The notes under the pieces are model-generated. The model ran no database searches, had not been told where the DNA came from, and saw only the letters and a list, made by a program, of their open reading frames with translations. A stretch of 64,000 nucleotides of DNA from Blasia pusilla (Eukaryota). Made by a program: the position numbers and the translations under genes. Below are positions 1-12,289 of this stretch, piece by piece (positions within the stretch are counted from its first letter, which is position 1; every line of letters begins with the position of its first letter). Where the stretch lies: the NCBI GenBank assembly GCA_050084515.1, contig CM114271.1:40176001-40240000 (forward strand), written 5' to 3'.

Positions 1-19
1 TAGGGTTTAGGGTTTAATG

Positions 20-2380
20 GAAATGGAGTTTTCATCTACATTGATTGGAATGTTGAAGCGTGAATGGGTTGTGAATCCTTCATCTTACAACTATCCTTGA
101 TGAAGCACCAACTAAAGCTACACCTTATGCATCTCGTACATTTGCAAGAAGAAGATTATATAAGAAGGTTTTTTTTCAGTTTTTCAATGCCCATCCATAA
201 TGAACATTTTAGAAGTAAATGTAATATCTCCATCAATGATGCTATCAAGCTTCTCAAGTATAACATTCCAAATCAATCGTTGTCCATTATTCAAATTCTC
301 CTCTCCTTACCTAGTTTTTTCACATAGCGAATCTATATCATATAGGAGCTCTTTTACTTTCAAATACAAATATTACAATGGAGTATGGGAATCATCTTGG
401 GGCATATACAAGGTTACTAGACTAGATTACTATACTGCTATGTGTTTTGATGCCTAAAGTGACCGTGTTCTGATAGTCCAAGGAGTACTAGGTGGCGTTT
501 GAGCAACTAAAGTTTATGGTTAGCAATGTACAAAATTTGGCAAAAATAACCAAAAATAAAATCTTTTTTTTTGGTAATGAATCATCATAGATAATTCATT
601 ATTTTTGGGGAAATAGCTCATGGCGATGTAATAAAACTTTTGGTTAACGCCATAGAAAATTTCAATCCTATTTATGAAGTGAAAAAAGTAAGAATCTTAG
701 GTCTGTGGAACACGACACAGGGCCTGTAACCAAGACCAATAATATTTGCTATCCAATCCGTCACGGGTAGATCTGGCATTTTAATTCGGGAATCATCTTG
801 ACTTGGCTGATTCAAGGTTTCATGTGGACAAAGTCTGTGTCCGTGGACTTACGTCCGTCCTATGGAAGGACTTGTCCATATAGGTCCCACCTTCCTCTTC
901 TTTCTCTTTCCCCCCACTTGCCTTTGTGTCCCTTTCTGTCATGTTTCTTCTTTTTTCCACCTCCACTTCCTTCCCTCTTATTGCTCCACAGGCCTTGGCC
1001 CAGACATCATAAACTTTAAGTATGGGCCCCATCTCTTGCAATTCGTGTCAGTGGACATGTCCAAACTTGTCCGTTTCTGGATAATTATGGGCATATATGG
1101 GAAATCAAATAGTCTCTTTCGTTGATATGGAAAATGATAATGGACTTTCAATATTGCGATTATCATAATCAAAGCATTAGGGGAAAGATCAAGCATCCCT
1201 ATTTTCTACATGGATCTTGGGATTTATGAAATAAGTCCAATAGAAAAAAGATGAAATAAGAGAAGTACAAAAGGAAACAAGAACATGAATTACCTCATAT
1301 TTTTCATATAAATATCATCTATATATAGGATAAAGAATGACTCCATAGTTCAATAGGTTGAGCATATGTGTTATAAGCCAAAATAACAATGAATAGTTAA
1401 CGAAAGGCACAACCCGTGCGGATTTATGAAGCTTCTTGGAAGCATGAGTAAACTTCTCTATCATCCTCAAGAAGACCCATTTAAATAGTAGCCTCCTTAA
1501 AGGTTAGATATAACATTCCATACATAGTTCTCGAGTATTTGTATGTAGTTACACCTTGAATATGATGAAACAACAATTGAAATTAATGGGGTTCGTATAT
1601 CTACAAAAACTTGAATGTAAATATATAATACAGAAAAAATTGCAAATGGATTTGAATATCCTTGAAAGTGGATTTAATATAGCATAAAATACAAAGAGAT
1701 ATACCTAATAAGTGGCCAATACGTTGACCACAATTGTTTCTTCTTTGGATTTTACGGATCCATTATTTTATTGCTCTAATAATAATAGGAAGGAAAATCC
1801 ACACATAGATATTATCAAGGTAACAAATCGCAACAATTAGTTGCAAACCATTCCATAAGAATTGTCTCCCTTTTTCTTTGTAGAATATATGTTAGAATGT
1901 TGTGATCATCGAAGACTACCAATCTCACAATACTTGAATGTTTTGGATGTAAGTTGAACTTGAAAAGTCTCTAGCATGCCCCAGAAGAAGAGATGTATTT
2001 AAACAAAATACAAGATAATGAGGATAAAGATAAATTATTGTACCATGAAATGTTCTAGAATATCCTCAAATATAGAAGGGAAAAAAGGACAAAAATATGC
2101 ACCTTACATCAAGATAATGTGATGTTTCATCAATAACGTCTATTGTGGTGGAAGGGCCACTAGAAAGTCTATTGGGTTTTTCTAGAAGAGGAAGTCTGGA
2201 AAAAAGAGTGGTGGGTAGAAGTTACGTATAGAAAAAATAAATTCAAGTGTCGAAAACTACCACAAATGCACATCAATAAAGAAGGGAATATCCATACTAT
2301 CATGCACAACCCCACAAATAGAATAAGACAAGATAGCAACCATAACAAGACAAAATAGAAACATGTTCCTATTTTTTTCA
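20..2380 (-). mobile_element. Degenerate Helitron RepHel remnant
   Basis: Segments ~20-420, ~1440-1560 and ~2095-2145 align by eye, in the same orientation, with 30170-30230, 30940-31060 and 31640-31685 of the Helitron in this window (HSRF-IP helicase motif, GLLEDD segment). Many stops; boundaries approximate. Confidence 0.7.
820..1085 (+). repeat. Dispersed ~265-bp repeat (unclassified, MITE-like), copy 1
   Basis: Reverse-complement homologue at ~27915-28180 (shared GGAAGGACTTGTCCATAT.GGTCCCACCTTCC core). The spurious ORFs at both sites share GRTCPY.SHLP. Confidence 0.7.
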
Positions 2381-2427
2381 TGTATTAATTTTGTAACCTA
2401 TTGTGGGTTTGAGAAGAAATAAAAATC

Positions 2428-2762
2428 CTTGGGTAGTAATTATTGTAAGAAGTAGTGAAGTTTAATTTGATTGGTGGGAGTTATATTTATGGGAGAATGG
2501 TTTAGTGGTGATTTTATGTATGTGAGGAGTGGTTTAAAACTTAGTAACAATTATTATAGGAAGTAGTGGGATTTAATTTGATTGGTGGGGGTTACATTTA
2601 TTGTGAAGTGGTTTGGTGGTGATTTTATGTATGTGAAGAGTGGGTTAAAACTTGGGTAATAATTATTATAGGAAGTAGTGGGGTTTCATTTGATTGGTGG
2701 GGATTATATTGATGGGGAAGTGGTTTAGTGGTGATTTTACGTATATGAGAAGTGGGTTAAAA
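2428..2762. repeat. Tandem repeat, 3 x ~111 bp
   Basis: Units start at 2428, 2540 and 2651 (CTT(G)(G/A)GTA..AATTATT...TTTGATTGGTGGG...AGTGG.TTAAAA). Confidence 0.9.
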
Positions 2763-2822
2763 GAATATCCACTCTTTAATTTCTTCATTTTTCCCTAATA
2801 ATTCTTTATAATAATATCTCTT

Positions 2823-2851
2823 GCCGTGCATAGCACGGGCATGCTAACTAG
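2823..2851 (+). mobile_element. Helitron 3' terminus (hairpin + CTAG|T)
   Basis: GCCGTGC-ATA-GCACGGGC hairpin, then CTAG at 2848-2851 followed by T. Same motif as the other Helitron ends in the window. Confidence 0.7.
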
Positions 2852-3385
2852 TATGAAATATTAACAAACGCTAGGGATAGTGTAATGAATGGAGTATTGG
2901 GCCCTTCAACACACCAAATTGTCCTTGGTAACTTGGTGATATCATGAAGTCCAAAATTTACCATCTTGTCAATCATATTATCAACATAAATGTAGAATAA
3001 TTTAGTCAACACATGAACACATAAAATTAGAAATGATCCATGGCATGAATTTAAATAATCTATTCATATTTCTCTAGTATCTAACCAAATTAGGCAAAGC
3101 TCTTTTCTGAAAAATCTTCATCAAGGAAAATATTTTTAAATATTTAATACCTTTTAAATATTTTTTACCCCGCAGTAACTTCTAAAAAATACGGATTATA
3201 ATAGGTTTTAAAAAAGGCTAAAAAAGGGAGTAAGATTAAAAAAAGTGAAAATGAGAGAAGAGATGAGAAATATTTTAAAGTATTAGTGAAGTAGAAAAAA
3301 TAGGGAAAAAAGAAGCAAAAAGAAAGAAGGGGGGGGGGGGGGGGGAAGCCAACATAATACAAGTAAAAACCTATCATCATTGCTA

Positions 3386-4670
3386 GGTGCTACCAACGCC
3401 CAACTCTCCAAAAAGCAGGGAGCAAATTGTTTTGGAGAGTTGGGCGTTGGTAGCACCGATTATGGCTTCAAGGTTTCTCCAAGGAGATACACCTATCTTG
3501 ATGGATCATAGCACCCATGTAGAGGAGGGGAACTTGTTATTTCAACAACAACTGAGATGTGCACGAGCTCTTCTTCCTCTTGCTACACAAGCAAGTCTAC
3601 CCCTTTTCAGTCAACTGATTACGGAAGGGCTTGATCGACTTCAAGAGCATATCTCCGAGAATCTGCATCAAAACAACTTTTCCAGCATTCTCTCAGAGGC
3701 ATCCCATGGCGCTAATCGAGATCGTCTACGTTCATGTGTGGGTACCAGAGCGAGGGCGTGGCTTACTGCAAATCCTCTTATTCTTCCATTTCGTCTTCCT
3801 CGAAGTATATTCTTGAGAGCTTTGCAGTTACGTCTTGGACTTCCCCATCCTTCTCTCTTAGGTGTGCCAAATTGTGTATGCGGGGATCCCATTGATGCCA
3901 AGGGTATCCATATTCTCTGATGTGCACATGGTGAAGAACGAATGGCCACACATGATGTCATAAGAGAGGCAGTAGCATCGGTGGCTCATACTACACCAGA
4001 TACACCGTTGGGCAAGAGCAACTCCACGTCCTACCTTCAACCACACAAGCCTCTCGTCGGAGAGTGGATCTTGTTATGTCTCGAGGTGGATTCCGGACAC
4101 TAGGTGATGTGGTGGTTGCTGATCTAACACGTTCTGACTTGGTGTGTCGAGCCGCATATACCAAAGGTTTGGCGGCCAAAGTTGCAGCAAGAATCAAGGA
4201 GTTAAGTTATGTTGTGAGACATGCGACTGATGGATTTATTCTTTTTGAAATGGAAATATTCGGTCATTTACATGTGTCTTTTGATACTTTCCAGAAAACA
4301 TGTGCTCACCACTCCCTCGAGAATCATCACCTTGCCCCTTCCCGCAGTCCTTCTCTCTCGGTAGTTACTACTTATTTTCGGCAATGCATCTCAGTGGCCT
4401 TACTACGTGCACAAGCCTTGGCATTGATATGTCGTGCGGAGGTGGTGGGGGGTCACTTGCCTCGTCGTCCATTCACGTCTGACCAACCACTCGTGTTCTT
4501 GTCAGATTTATTTCAGGCTATCAAGCGTGTAGCTCGTTGAGCCGATGTTTACGTTGGCTTGTTGCCATTATCTTTTTGCATTCTTTTATGCATTCTTTTA
4601 TTCCTTTTTTGAGTTGTTATTATCTTTCTTTGTCCTCTTTTGAGATTTATTTTATAATAAAATAAATATA
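3386..4670 (+). mobile_element. 5'-truncated non-LTR retrotransposon of the restriction-like endonuclease (CRE-like) type
   Basis: ORFs 3387-3920 and 4064-4540 give AWL..P, LRLG, the zinc knuckle CVCG..HIL*CAHG..HD and the RLE motif RRVDLV..D. T-rich 3' UTR ends in an A-rich tail near 4655-4670. RT core absent; stop codon and frameshift present. Confidence 0.8.
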
Positions 4671-4723
4671 TTCTAATTTTTCTCTAGAGTGGAATGGTTG
4701 GATAATGAGTCCGTCAGAAGTCG

Positions 4724-4831
4724 AGTGAATACGTGGGAGGCAAATGAATACTCCGAATATATACCATGTTAAATACTAGTGAATACCTGGGAGGCAAGTG
4801 AATACTCCGAATGTATACCATGCTAAATACT
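4724..4831. repeat. Tandem duplication, 2 x 54 bp
   Basis: AGTGAATAC.TGGGAGGCAA.TGAATACTCCGAAT.TATACCATG.TAAATACT at 4724 and 4778. Confidence 0.9.
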
Positions 4832-5313
4832 GTGGCCGAGCTCCTCGTCCTAACTACTCGGACCCTCCATTACAAAGATGAATGAATTTGAAAATTCTGT
4901 TCTAGTTGGCGGGTCTCGCGTGAGAACCCTAATACCTGTGCCAAAACTGACATTGAATATGTCATGTATTCTTGAAGTGTGCGAAAAACGGACTGATAGA
5001 ACTTCAAGATCGCTAAAAGCGCACGAAAATTGACCGTTGCTAAGAGCATCAGTTAACTTACGCCTTCTATAGGTGTGCGAAAACTGATGCGTTTTAAGAG
5101 CGTGCGAAAACTGGCACCTGGTATAGGTGCGCGAAAACGCGTGGCAGTGGTCTATTTTTCCGGGTGTCTCCGGGATGCGAGACAGCACTCTCTATACATA
5201 TACATTATAAATTATACAATTGTGCGGTAACTAACAAATATTCACTTTATTATAAAAACAATGCCCCTTTAAAGGCCAACGTTGACATGATTCTTTGAAT
5301 CGTCCTATAGACA

Positions 5314-5443
5314 ACGCCTCATCGGTCATACTAAAGTTTGAATCATTCCGAGAGATCGCTGCATCAGTTACGCGCTCCATCGGTTATACTAAAGTTTGAA
5401 TCATTCCGAGAGAACGCTGCATCGGTTATACGCTTCATCAGTT
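5314..5443. repeat. Tandem repeat, ~2.3 x ~57 bp
   Basis: CATCGGT.ATACTAAAGTTTGAATCATTCCGAGAGA.CGCTGCATC.GTTA occurs twice, plus a partial third unit. Confidence 0.85.
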
Positions 5444-5682
5444 TAGCTGGCGGGTGCAGCTGTTCTGAAATGTACAAATCAACGTCGTCGAGAAAGGATG
5501 AGAAAAAGCGAGTGAATTTGCGATACATATTCGAACTTCTCTTGGAAATTGCAGATGTCTGATTTGCGGTTTAGGGTATCATTTAGATTGAATGCTACGT
5601 ACACGTAGCATACATCGGTTACAAGTCAACTTCTCCTCCTTGAAAGAATACAATGTGGCTTGCACTCTTTTGTGATTCCTCT

Positions 5683-8133
5683 CTAGATTTCACCATCCCA
5701 AAACGCTTCCAAGACTTTCTTCTCCTCGTCCTTCGATCCGACGATCAGCTCCGTTCCAGGATTGCTTCTGATCTGCAGTTACAACACCGGTGCGTTTCAA
5801 ATTTCGGGACATTCTAAACTGATTCAGGAATGGAGAGCTTTTCATCAACAGTTGCTGAGAATGTGCAACAGCTTGACGCCGCAGTGACTGTGCCTTACTG
5901 CGCATATGTCGACAGCCACGTTTTCGGCCATTTACGCGAGCTGGACAGGCCGATCTGACCTTTCTGGTAAGTAAGAAGAGCATACCTGAGTTTGAAGAGA
6001 GGAGAGCTTGTGGACTTCTTCCTCGGGTATACTCCAGTTGAACACCTCCATATTCTCTTCAATCCTCTTGTCATTGGATGATTTTGGAACCGTGCTCACG
6101 CCTCTTTGTATGAGACATCGAATCAGGACTTGTCCTGGGCTCTTTCCTAACATCAGATGACATTACAATATTTGCATATCTGATGACCTACAGCCCTTTT
6201 GGATTTCGTGGACACTAAATCAGTTCCTCGTTGATTGATGGATTCTCTAGATTCTTGAGCAGGATGCGGTAGCTTGCGGGTGTAATTGAAAAAGCCACAC
6301 ATTCCAGCAGGGGTTAATATATACACCTCATTCACGATGGGCTCGTCGAAGAGGTCGGTAGCTGAAGACCCTAGAGGAGAGTAGGCCTGCGCGATTGTCA
6401 AATGAGAAATCCTGACATGAAGATCGGTTGTTCCAAGAAAACACGACTGCGGAATCACTCTGTCGCTAGAGTTCTGACTCAATATTGTTTTAACTGTTTC
6501 AGAGATTCCAGCAGTGCATGCTGGAGTTTGTTGACCAAGATTCATCAAGGAAAGCATTAGCACGCAGCATCATCGAAGCGGACCTATTTACGTGAGTAGG
6601 AGTAGCTATTCACAAGTTCAGATGCACCTTAACAACTGGCAAATTTTCAGCAGAAAGCAGAACTGAAAGTCACCGACGTCTTACCGTCACATGGATTTTG
6701 TTCTTCTTACAATACTCAAGAACACTATCGTTTCTCCAGTTAGGATGCATCTCCACCTGGAAAGTTCCAACATGCCGAACTGAAGATGCAAACCTTCCCA
6801 AGTTTCTGAAAAAGAGCTGCAATGCTTGTTCCTAGTCTGCAGATAAATGACGACACAAATCTGCTTCAACATGCCGTAATCGTATTGAAGAAAGATGTTG
6901 TATCATCCACAAATTGTACCTGATTGACTGAAGGCATGATGGAAGCAACTTTCATGAGTTCCTCCAGTTTTGGTACAGTGAAGTTGCTGACACCGATGTT
7001 TCTGACTAGCTTCTCCCTAACCAGTCCTTCCATTGCTTGCCAGACTCCGCCCAAATTGAATTGCTTAATATCACCTTGTTTGGGTGGAGAAGAAGTGGTC
7101 TCCGATAGCAGTAAGGGCCAGTGGATCTATGAAGAGACCGTGGAGAGAAAAATCATGAGCGTCAAAGACCTGAGAATGTTCCAAGGTCGTAAAAGACAAG
7201 TTGGGCTGAAGACCAATTTTGTTTCAACAAAAAGGAACGTACCAAGTAGAGGTCCAGATATTTCAGCTTCAGATCATTGAGAGTCCGCTCGCACGCCCCC
7301 CTCACTTTCTCTGGAGAAGTGTCTGTGATCCTGAATTGGCAACAAGCTTGAATTAGTCCCAGGGGATCGTGATCTGTCTCCGGTGCAAACTGATGATCAT
7401 ATCAACTTTTGTGCAGAAAACAGGATTTGAGAGGAAACCCGAATCTTCTAACTGAAGCGTGCCCACCAGAGTTTGGATGTCACAAACAAGTCTTGACGTT
7501 TTATTCCAGCATCGAAGGCCGCGTCAAGGCCTTGTCCAACCTGCTCATCATCAAGGTTTTCGTCACTCACAAGCATTTCAAACCAGACTTTCTTCTCCTA
7601 AGCAATTAATGTTGCCAGTGAGCCCTGATGAGGCTAAACCATTGGCTGTCCACGAGAGCACATCTGCAGAGGGACAGCTGTTCTTGAGCAAGAATTTTTC
7701 GACAGGGAAAGGATTGTCGTAGAAGGTGTAGATAGAGACAAACCTCTTCCTCGTTACCGTAAATGTGTGCACAGTCAATATGTCTATACCCGCTCTGCAC
7801 AGAGTCCAATTGAGAGGATTTCAGCATCTACACAATGTTCCGACAGAGAAGTGTGCGAATTGTAAGGCCAAAGGAGGGCAAGTCCGATGGGGAACTACAG
7901 AGTCCCATGAGACTCGGGTGGAGAAGGGCAACACAGTCTGTGGAGAGAGATTGGATGAAGAAACTCAGCTGCACACTCACCTCAACAATCGCAGAGAACA
8001 CAGCATCACGCACTACATTTGGCTCTGCCTTCCATGTTCCCAAACCCAAAGCAGGAATCCGATCTCCAGTATGCAGCAAGAAGTGCGCCACTTCAGGGGA
8101 CTGGTCTTTCTTCAGCTGGTGCGTCTGAGCCAT
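5683..8133 (-). CDS. Aldo-keto reductase (plant AKR4C-like), 9 exons; possible frame lesion at the start of exon 8
   Basis: GT-AG exons 8133-7981, 7794-7744, 7540-7467, 7330-7243, 7126-6920, 6756-6685, 6386-6327, ~6150-5986 and 5772-5683. They give GLGTW, GYRHIDCAHIYGNE, TSKLW, YLDLYLIHWP, IGVSNF, AYSPLGS, PKS and C-terminal WDGEI*. Catalytic D/Y/K/H intact. The exon 8 acceptor cannot be cleanly placed in frame. Confidence 0.9.
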
Positions 8134-8869
8134 CCTGCTCCCAACTGGCCACCTGATACCTTCCCAATTCCGACTACTACTCCGAAACTGGCCCAAGCTG
8201 TCTTCAAAAGCTCCCGAAACTGTGATCTTTGCAAGCAGGCGATCGCTTTTTTACCGAGTGATCGAAGATCCCAGTAATGTTCATTCTCCGAAAACGCTCC
8301 CAGCGGTTCTGCTAAATATTGCCAGAGGCGAGCTTGCTCAGGCCCCATGGCGTGGCACCACAAGCGCACGTGGCAGAGACACTAGAACCCAAGTGTCGAA
8401 TGCAGTAGATGTGCACTGTGTTCATGGAGCTTTTCTCTCTTTTGCTCTCTACCTCCCTCGATCGAGCATGCAATGTGTCAAAGTGCCCAGCACTGCCACG
8501 ATTTACACTCGTCTTTTGACACCTCGCTGCTCCTAGGAGTCTGCAGACACAAGGGCTGTCTGAAGGACATGGGAACTTCCATAAACACGCAGTGCACTGG
8601 AGCCTCCATTCGCCGGAGAGCAGGGGCATTACAAGTATCCGCCATCTCTGTGTTTCTGCCCACGTCTTTCATCTTGCCATTCCTATCTCCGATCACTTAC
8701 CTCTCTTCTCGCCATTCCTGTCTCAATCAGGAGGATGTGTGCAAAATCGGGCCACAAATTTCAGTCACAGTTTCAAAATGTGCCGACGATGGCTGACTGG
8801 TTACAGAGTTTTGCAATGTGGAACAGCATGTGGCTTCAAAATGAGAAAGAGTTTTGGGAGGAGGGGGGT

Positions 8870-9272
8870 GAAAAAACTGTTTGGTGGAGAACACTAAGGT
8901 TTGCCGCCATAGCGTTAGATCGCTCGTCATAAGCCTCAATTGTTTTCATCCGAGTGCAAATGATGAGGGATTGCGGTGATTTTCATTCGAGCTTTTCCAC
9001 AGCTGCAAAACTGCAAGCTCCTTCCCATTCCTATCTCCGATCAGTTCACTTCTTACCTCTCACATCCGCTCCGGAACAGATTTTGAAGTCCAATTGTTTT
9101 CATTCAAGTGGAGAGGATTATTCTAAGTCATTCCGGCATCTCCAAAGTTGCAAAAGTGTAACCTTCTTACAATTCCTTTATGGTGTACTCGTTTACCACG
9201 ATCCTCAATAGCTTTCACTCGAGTAGAGATGATTCTGGATTGCATAGAGTTTCAATCACACCGTTTTCAAAC
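8870..9272 (+). repeat. 403-bp direct duplication, copy 1 (copy 2 at 10572-10974)
   Basis: Constant offset of 1702 bp; about 7 substitutions by eye; no TG..CA termini. Confidence 0.95.
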
Positions 9273-10571
9273 TTGCTAAATGCAACCTTCTTCTTGCCAT
9301 TCGTATCTCCCATCACTCCACTTCTTACTGCCATTCTAATCTAAGAACACTGTCATCCCAAAAGTTGAAGTACGTGCGCCCTAACGTTCTTCGCATGGGG
9401 TCCACCAAAGACGGTGTCCATGCACAAAGCCTTCAAACAGAGAACTTGTGGAAGTACTTCATTCAGTCTCCGCTATGACCCCCAAAACACTTTGGAGGCG
9501 CTAGAATGCACAATCGTCCTACACACGTCACCTTCTAGTGACATGTGTTGTTCCCTTTGGGGCCACTTCCTCTTCCATTTCATCATGAGGCACAATCACA
9601 TGTGTGTGCTTCTATGAAAACTAACTCATGTCATGAAATGGAATTTCACATCCTATGATTAGATCGCAATGATCATAATAGAGTTACAAATTTTAACGTC
9701 ATATCAAGACCCATTTTGTCTACATTTGGTCTCGATCTCTCCGTTAGGCGATTGTTGTAGCAAGTTTGTATCTCACATGACAAGCCTCTCAAGATTCATC
9801 GGATTTGCATGCGGTGTGTTGAACCTACCTGTCGCGAGCTTGTGAATCATCTTGGACTACCCCTCGGTATCAAGTTCTTGGCTTGGAAGACCTCCATCAA
9901 CTAGCAAGTTTTCTGTACCATCCATACCACTCAAAATGTGTAACATGTAACAAGGGATACTTCGCTATGGTTAGACGAGGAAGGTTTAGGGTTAGGAAGG
10001 TTAAGAGGGGGGTTGTCACACGTGGACAGAGGAAAGATTCCATCAATAGATTCGAATGATAGTTAACATGATGGTTGGCAACATGGATGGGCATGTGGTG
10101 GTGGATGCATCCTTGACTCATATGTTGGGTCATATGTTGGGCCATCCACTGCAAGCCGCTAGTGTGAGTATTCAATCTTAGAAGTTGGTTATACATGGAA
10201 TATTTTCAGTAGTACTAATTCACATTTCGTAGGAAGACTTGACTGAATGCAAAAACAAGTATGCAATGGAACAGATGATCGAGACATACGTTCGTGAGAA
10301 TATAAGCCATTTTTACCATATTAATTTTCTTCAATCCATGTATTCTACCTTTAGAGTTGGTTTTTGGTATCTTTTGGGTGGTAGTAATTATCATTTTGTT
10401 CATCCAACAAAGTTGGTCCCATTTTAATAGACCAAATGTTGGAGACATAGGAATTTAGAGTTTAGAGATGCATTCATGAGTATTTCATGCATATATCCCG
10501 GCTTTATATATATAATAGTATTGTACATTACCTCAACCTTTCCCTTTACGATAGTTCATACCATATGGAGA

Positions 10572-10974
10572 GAAAAAACTGTTTGGTGGAGAACACTAAG
10601 GTTTGCCGCCATAGCGTTAGGTCGTTCGTCATAAGCCTCAATTGTTTTCATCCGAGTGCAAATGATGAGGGATTGCGGTGATTTTCATTCGAGCTTTTCC
10701 ACAGCTGCAAAACTGCAAGCTCCTTCCCATTCCTATCTCCGATCAGTTCACTTCTTACCTCTCACATCCGCTCCGGAACAGATTTTGAAGTCCAATTGTT
10801 TTCATTCAAGTGGAGAGGATTATTCTAAGTCATTCAGGCATCTCCAAAGTTTCAAAAGTGTAACCTTCTTACAATTCCTTTGTGTTGTACTCGTTTACCA
10901 CGATCCTCAATAGCTTTCACTCGAGTAGAGATGATTCTGGATTGCATAGAGTTTCAATCAGACCGTTTTCAAAC
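10572..10974 (+). repeat. 403-bp direct duplication, copy 2
   Basis: Near-identical to 8870-9272. The duplicated spurious ORFs are 8954-9211 and 10656-10913. Confidence 0.95.
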
Positions 10975-11375
10975 ACCGATGTAGATTCAAGAGTAGAATT
11001 TTAGGCTGGGTGAGCCATTTTTGCTTTGATTTTATATCAGAAAGATGTCATGAGAAAAGCGGGAATTTGTGGTATGCATGTAGGCAAGCGAGTTGCCTCG
11101 GTGGGGAGGCCCCGATTTTGGGTTGATGAGGAACAACATCAGAGTGGGACGACGAGTGTTCGTGAGTTTGTTGCTGAAGGATAAGCTACGAGTGTCAGGA
11201 AGGAGAGGCTATAAGCACTTTAGGTCACACAGCCGTCGTGGGATGATCAAGACGGCTAGCTAGGGGTCTAGGGTTAGGTCATAGACGCACAAGTACTTGT
11301 GCATCTATGACCTAACCCTCGCATAATAGCCGGACAGCGCTGACGCGGGGTTATGATGTCGAGTGGCGCATAAGT

Positions 11376-12109
11376 TATCGTGCGTATACACATCGCTACA
11401 CAACATACATCGTTGTCACCGAACACACACACAAATACACACGATCCCATCTTAACTCATGGCATCCAAACAACGAGACAAGAAGTACCAAAATATCTCC
11501 AATTAAATCAAGATCTATGGTTCTTTCAACACCATAGCTCTCCAATGTGTGCACTCTCACATGTCTCTCTCAATGTCAAACCAAACCCACTCTCCTAATG
11601 AGAGGCTTGGATTACACACACAAGGCAAGCAAGACCATGGCTCCGCCGCCTCATTCCAAGAGGTTCAACAAAGAGAGAATGAGCTCTCAAGCTCTCTCTC
11701 CTTGAGGTATACCCCTCCCCTCTCAAGTCACCTCTTTGGCTCTTGACCTAATGTAAGAGGTCAAGGGCTACTTACCAAAAATATGAATTTGATCATATAC
11801 TCAAAATGGTACTTACCTAAAATAGTAAGTTTCTCAATATGGTTCGAAATGAGCCGAAACGAAGAGCAAACTTGCTCTCTCAGGTTTCGCGGGGCCTTAG
11901 CAGGTCATCCTTGATCTTCTGAGCCTATCCTCCACTACTTGCAAAGGTGCTCTACTCGATCTCACCGATCTATCCTAAAAGACATGATAGCTATCGTGCG
12001 CATATACATCGCTACTCAACATACATCGCTGTCACCAAACACACATACGATCCCATGCTAACTCATGGCATCCAAACAACAAGAAAAGAACTACCAAAAT
12101 ATCTCCAAT
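11376..12109 (-). repeat. 3' terminal repeat block B1-A2-B2 (B2 11376-11503, A2 11504-11989, B1 11992-12109)
   Basis: 11376-11503 matches 11992-12109, and 11504-11989 matches 20881-21366. The same arrangement recurs at 60797-61559. Confidence 0.9.
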
Positions 12110-12289
12110 CGCCCCCTACCTGGTGATTAGGTCCCTCTAACTCCACATAGCCATCTATCCCTACCTACTATGACATACATCTCTCGGACGCTACAAGTAA
12201 GAAGTCCGGATGCTCATGTGGCTCCATCGTTACTCGCCTTCTTGTCATCCATGTCCCAGACACAAGTCGAAATGTAGAACTACCTATTC

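Noticed and set aside
1-15. TAGGGTTTAGGGTTT telomere-like motif
   Set aside because: Only two units, adjacent to Helitron debris; no evidence of a telomeric array inside the window.
8870-10974. The 403-bp direct repeats as LTRs of a TRIM/LARD
   Set aside because: No TG..CA ends, PBS, polypurine tract or TSD seen.
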